Sequence record: NC_048731.1
Strand: one strand, 5' to 3'
DNA: 64,000 nucleotides
Origin: Escherichia phage fp01
Each line of letters starts with the position of its first letter. Position 1 is the stretch's first letter. Positions 60,616-64,000 of this stretch are shown piece by piece. A model generated the notes under the pieces. It was not told where the DNA came from. It did not search any database and saw nothing but the letters and a program-made list of their open reading frames with translations. The translations under genes were made by a program, and so were the position numbers.

Positions 60616-61110
60616 ATGGCTGAAGAAAAATATGGCTTCTCACTGGGAGAAGTGAGCACGGCAAAACATGATATGATCATTTTAGTCGATTGTCATACTG
60701 GCTATTGCGGGGAAGGGAATACCGAGGAATATTTTGTTCCTGCTGGTACGGATCTAGACGCTTTCGCTCAGGAAATGGCTATTGATAATGCTTCTCGTTT
60801 TGGTAGCGATGGCTATGAAGACGAGGAAACTGGCGAATGGTATGAAAATGAAAACGTATATGCGAGCCTTTATCATTATCAATTAAGTAAATCCGGCACA
60901 TATGTAAACGGCGGCGATCCTATTAATTCCGTCATGAAATTAATTATTAAACACGGTGGCGTCGAGATAATTGATAACAAAGCGGTAATATATGCAAACC
61001 GATTAAAACAGCTTGTTTATATCCCTGATAGTACCCGATGGGATGAATACGCCGTTTTGCATGACGAATTGAAACGATGTTTCAATGTTGAAGCCTTACA
61101 AGTAGTCTAA
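60616..61110 (+). CDS. hypothetical acidic protein
   Basis: Preceded by the same TTAATTAATAGGAGGCTAATTA element; 164 aa. Confidence 0.45.
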   Translation: MAEEKYGFSLGEVSTAKHDMIILVDCHTGYCGEGNTEEYFVPAGTDLDAFAQEMAIDNASRFGSDGYEDEETGEWYENENVYASLYHYQLSKSGTYVNGGDPINSVMKLIIKHGGVEIIDNKAVIYANRLKQLVYIPDSTRWDEYAVLHDELKRCFNVEALQVV

Positions 61111-61123
61111 TGTAAAGTTTTGT

Positions 61124-61152
61124 AAAGGTCGCCTTTTATGGTGGCCTTTTTT
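61124..61152 (+). terminator. putative terminator followed by an extended -10 element
   Basis: aaaggtcgcc-ttttat-ggtggccttt (G-U wobble stem) then TTTTTTGCTATAATG. Confidence 0.4.
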
Positions 61153-61216
61153 GCTATAATGCCTTTACACCGTTTGAGGACGGTTGAAAATTTTCCCAAA
61201 AATTTGGAGGCTTAAA

Positions 61217-61447
61217 ATGGTTGCTTATTCTTCTTCTGACGCTCTTTTCACTGGGAAAGGCTGGGTATCTAATCGCTGGATTATTCAAGAAATGGTGCAA
61301 GAATACGGCATTGCTAAAACTTACACTACCATTCAGGCGCTTTATGATAATGATCAAATCGATCAGCAAACGGCGGGCTTTTTGCTGGATACCCTGAAAG
61401 CGGAACACTGTACCAAAAAACAAGCGGCAAAAATTGTTTTAATGTAA
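61217..61447 (+). CDS. hypothetical protein
   Basis: ATG at 61217 with RBS TGGAGG; 76 aa. Confidence 0.35.
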   Translation: MVAYSSSDALFTGKGWVSNRWIIQEMVQEYGIAKTYTTIQALYDNDQIDQQTAGFLLDTLKAEHCTKKQAAKIVLM

Positions 61448-61496
61448 TTAATAACGGGGCGTTACTTTCGCCCCACTAACTAGGGGAGTAGTACAA

Positions 61497-61679
61497 ATGG
61501 TTATTTTTCGAGCTGTTCTAGCAGGTATCTTGGGCGCTATTTTGACCCTTTTCGCCACCGCGTATGGTATTCAGGATTCCTATTGCGGTTTGGTAAATAC
61601 AAAACCAATGGTTACTATTGGCGCTGGCATTGCTGTATTTTCTTATCTGCTAGGCTGCATGACTAGTAAAGGAGAATAA
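61497..61679 (+). CDS. small membrane protein
   Basis: 60 aa with two hydrophobic helices; RBS GGGGAG. Confidence 0.35.
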   Translation: MVIFRAVLAGILGAILTLFATAYGIQDSYCGLVNTKPMVTIGAGIAVFSYLLGCMTSKGE

Positions 61680-61681
61680 AA

Positions 61682-61894
61682 ATGATCCGCAACGTTTCTC
61701 TTGCACGTTCGAAAGGCTTTAAGCTGGTGGATGCTAACACGTTCGAGCGTCTTGATTGTAAAATCGAATATGTAGCACGTAACAAAAATGCCTTTCGTGT
61801 TACCGAGAAAAAATTTGACAAGCGCGGCAACGTGATCGCTGAAACGGTTAAACACTTTGCCACCTTTTACGCTGCGTTTCGTGGGGTGTTATAA
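61682..61894 (+). CDS. hypothetical small basic protein
   Basis: 70 aa; starts 3 nt after previous stop. Confidence 0.35.
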   Translation: MIRNVSLARSKGFKLVDANTFERLDCKIEYVARNKNAFRVTEKKFDKRGNVIAETVKHFATFYAAFRGVL

Positions 61895-61895
61895 A

Positions 61896-62240
61896 ATGGT
61901 TATTTATGAAGGCAATCGTTTTGTTGCTAATTGCCGCCCGGCATTGTTAGCAAACTATTTAAATCAGCTTTCGCCAGCTTATAAGGGCGTTATTAATATT
62001 TATGAGGGCAAGGCACATTATAAAATTAATGCGGTCGTTGCCCGTGAACTAGCATTTCAATTTTTGACCTTTGCATCTTGTGACGTTCAAGTTATGGGTG
62101 AAGCATTAATTGCGGAAAATGAAGAGGATTTTATTAATATTTTCCGCAAGGTATGCACCGAGCGCCTGATAATGAAAGGCGCGTATATTCAATCCACTGC
62201 GGATAGTATTGAAACAGCGTTTCGAAAGGTGGCACAATGA
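61896..62240 (+). CDS. hypothetical protein
   Basis: ATG at 61896 directly after upstream stop; 114 aa. Confidence 0.35.
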   Translation: MVIYEGNRFVANCRPALLANYLNQLSPAYKGVINIYEGKAHYKINAVVARELAFQFLTFASCDVQVMGEALIAENEEDFINIFRKVCTERLIMKGAYIQSTADSIETAFRKVAQ

Positions 62241-62395
62241 AAAAGTTTTTAATAGCTGGCATGTTTCCTTTGTTGCCTTATGTAATTTGCTGGGCTTTAT
62301 ATGCTCATGGTGCTAGTGTTCCCGGTGTGGCTGCATTTGGTGTATCAGCGGGCTTTCTAGCCGGACTACTAGCAAGCGTATATTTACGCAAGTAA
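62237..62395 (+). CDS. small membrane peptide (52 aa)
   Basis: Hydrophobic throughout; ATGA overlap with upstream gene; found by hand. Confidence 0.3.
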   Translation: MKKFLIAGMFPLLPYVICWALYAHGASVPGVAAFGVSAGFLAGLLASVYLRK

Positions 62396-62414
62396 TTAAC
62401 AACGGAGCGTTATT

Positions 62415-62609
62415 ATGAGCAATAAAATTATTGTAACCAAAACCAGCACAACGGTTGATGTTTTTTACGTGCCCGATACGCCGGAAAACCGACAAGCGGT
62501 CGAGCGTGGGGAATATGATAAAGTGATTTATGATCACGATGGTTATTATCAGTATTTGGTGGATTCATATGGGGAGGAGGAAAAGATCACGCACCGACTA
62601 CCGGACTAA
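62415..62609 (+). CDS. hypothetical small acidic protein
   Basis: 64 aa; RBS ACGGAG. Confidence 0.35.
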   Translation: MSNKIIVTKTSTTVDVFYVPDTPENRQAVERGEYDKVIYDHDGYYQYLVDSYGEEEKITHRLPD

Positions 62610-62650
62610 TAATCACGGGGCGCAACTATCAGGAAGTGCCCCCAATTCTC

Positions 62651-62671
62651 AAATGAGAATGATTCTCATTT
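62651..62671. repeat. perfect 21-bp palindrome
   Basis: AAATGAGAATGATTCTCATTT; related copies at about 63160 and 63220. Confidence 0.7.
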
Positions 62672-62893
62672 GACCGCGCCCGCGATGGTTAGCCTGCTAA
62701 TGGTTAGGGTGTTACGTGTCGCCTTGTGTGATCGTTAGCGAGCTAACTAATTTTCAAGCCTCCTCCAATTTTGCCCTTGTTTTAGTATCCCCACCAAAAT
62801 TAAACGCGTTAGAATGCGTTTGAGGGCGTTTTAGCGGTATATTAGAATTATTCACTGCGTAGGAATACTGTATATTTATCCAGTAGGATAAGC

Positions 62894-62978
62894 TGTGGAT
62901 AAGTCTGTTGATAACGCTTCAAAACGGCTAGGATTTTGTCAAGTCAAATCGTGCTGTTGATAAGTCTGGGGATAACTT
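62894..62978. promoter_or_regulatory. cluster of DnaA-box-like sites
   Basis: TGTGGATAA (62894-62902, exact reverse-complement consensus), TGTTGATAA at 62906 and 62955, GGGGATAAC at 62967. Confidence 0.55.
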
Positions 62979-63007
62979 AAATAATAGTGTTTCTCACTTC
63001 CGTTCTT

Positions 63008-63250
63008 AAATGCGAATCATTATCATTTGCATTCCACTTCCTGAATAAGAATCATTCCACTATCTAAACGATAATCATTCCACTTCCTGAATAATAATCA
63101 TTCCACTATCTAAATAAGAATCATTCCACTATCTAAACGATAATCATTCCACTTTTTAAATGAGATTGATTCTCATTCCACTTTCTAAATGCGAATTATT
63201 ATCATTCGCATTCCGCTTTTTAAATGAGAATGATTCTTATTATCATTCGT
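63008..63250. repeat. about 9 tandem copies of a roughly 23-bp direct repeat (iteron-like)
   Basis: Repeating (A)ATCATTCCACT(A/T)TCTAAA(C/T)(G/A) units. Confidence 0.8.
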
Positions 63251-63255
63251 ATTTA

Positions 63256-63282
63256 GCGCAGAGCAATTGCTCTGCGCTTTTG
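63256..63282 (+). terminator. perfect 22-bp palindrome with T-tract
   Basis: GCGCAGAGCAATTGCTCTGCGC then TTTTG. Confidence 0.55.
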
Positions 63283-63520
63283 TGCAAAACCGACATTGCT
63301 CCACGGGTGTTACGTGCGGGCGTATGTGCAAATCCGACAGGATTTTTGGTAGTGTGCAAATCCGACCCGAAAAATTTTTATAGTGTGCGAATCCGACAAT
63401 GAATTTTTCCAAAAACTCCAGCAATCCGATGCTGCGCATCAATCCTGTGGAATTAACTAGAATATGTGCAAATCCGACATGAGTTTATTTGTGCGAATCC
63501 GACAAGATTTTTGTGACTTC
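63282..63520. repeat. six direct 13-bp repeats GTGCRAAWCCGAC
   Basis: Copies near 63282, 63328, 63353, 63384, 63466, 63490, each followed by an A/T-rich tract. Confidence 0.8.
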
Positions 63521-63529
63521 GATTGGAGG

Positions 63530-63700
63530 GTGTGTGATTGTGTGGGTTTGGGGAGAAGTTGAGAGAGCGAGGGAAAATTAGGGGAGAAGCTAGAGAGGCG
63601 CATGTTTGGTGCGGGGGCACCCGATTTGCGGGGATTTTGGGGAAGAGTTGAGAAGATTTGGGTTAATTTGAGATTAGTGGAGATAAAGTAAAATTTTATT
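63530..63700. repeat. purine-rich G-tract region with three GGGGARRAGYTRGAGA copies
   Basis: ggggagaagttgagaga, ggggagaagctagagag, ggggaagagttgagaag; strong G/A strand skew. Confidence 0.6.
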
Positions 63701-63834
63701 AGCTAAATGGGGCAAAATAGCTTGACAAGTGAAAATTCTTGTGGCTCTAAAAACTCAGGCAATCATGGGCCTTCGGCCCGAAATAATGCTGCCATTTTCA
63801 AGAGATTATGTGTCCATGAAAACTTAGGCAATTG

Positions 63835-63985
63835 TGCAAATCCGACCATAAATTTCTAGAAACACAATGTGCAAATCCGACAGTAAAATCCAGAAATGTG
63901 TTTTCAAAAAATGTTGTCTAGAAATAACCGCCCTCCCCATAACCGCCCTGTATTAAACCGCCTAGTATATGTTCCTAGAAACTTA
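63835..63985. repeat. two further GTGCAAATCCGAC copies followed by four AACCGCC motifs
   Basis: GTGCAAATCCGAC at about 63837 and 63870; AACCGCC at about 63927, 63943, 63957, 63981. Confidence 0.7.
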
Positions 63986-64000
63986 GGAGAACCGCCCACT

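Noticed and set aside
63008-63900. Possible CRISPR array suggested by repeated short motifs
   Set aside because: Repeat units are degenerate, directly abutting or irregularly spaced, with no unique spacers of uniform length and no cas genes; they look like iterons or binding-site arrays
1-64000. Temperate lifestyle or integrated prophage
   Set aside because: No integrase, repressor/Cro switch, attachment-site-like tRNA or host flanks were found; the gene content is that of a virulent T5-like phage

Overview
This window reads as about 64 kb of a T5-like virulent siphophage genome (Demerecviridae-type layout); the identification rests on motif reading and remembered T5 gene sizes, not on any database search. 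Three blocks are visible. (1) 1-24.7 kb, plus strand: early replication and nucleotide-metabolism genes, including a SIR2-like protein, a HAD phosphatase, a split NAD-dependent DNA ligase, DnaB-like helicase, primase, an 855-aa Pol I-type DNA polymerase, SF2 helicase, SbcCD-like nuclease pair, flap endonuclease and dUTPase. These are driven by repeated near-consensus T5-type early promoters and separated by hairpin terminators. (2) 24.8-51.8 kb, minus strand: the late morphogenesis block, running from terminase, portal, protease and capsid through tail tube, tape measure and baseplate proteins to the L-shaped tail fibre, which is broken by a 41-nt assembly gap inside a tandem coding repeat. 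A receptor-binding protein gene sits next to a divergently transcribed lipoprotein (llp-like) gene with its own early promoter. (3) 52-64 kb: a GC-richer pre-early or terminal-repeat-like region with dmp-like and A1-like genes, many small ORFs on both strands, and a gene-free repeat region at 62.6-64 kb holding DnaA boxes, palindromes and iteron arrays. No integrase, tRNA or CRISPR array was found. The best candidates for something undescribed are the zinc-ribbon-less SIR2 module with its neighbours, an inverted-repeat-flanked two-gene cassette, a trio of overlapping small membrane ORFs, and the plus-strand pre-early cluster; none can be confirmed without homology searches.
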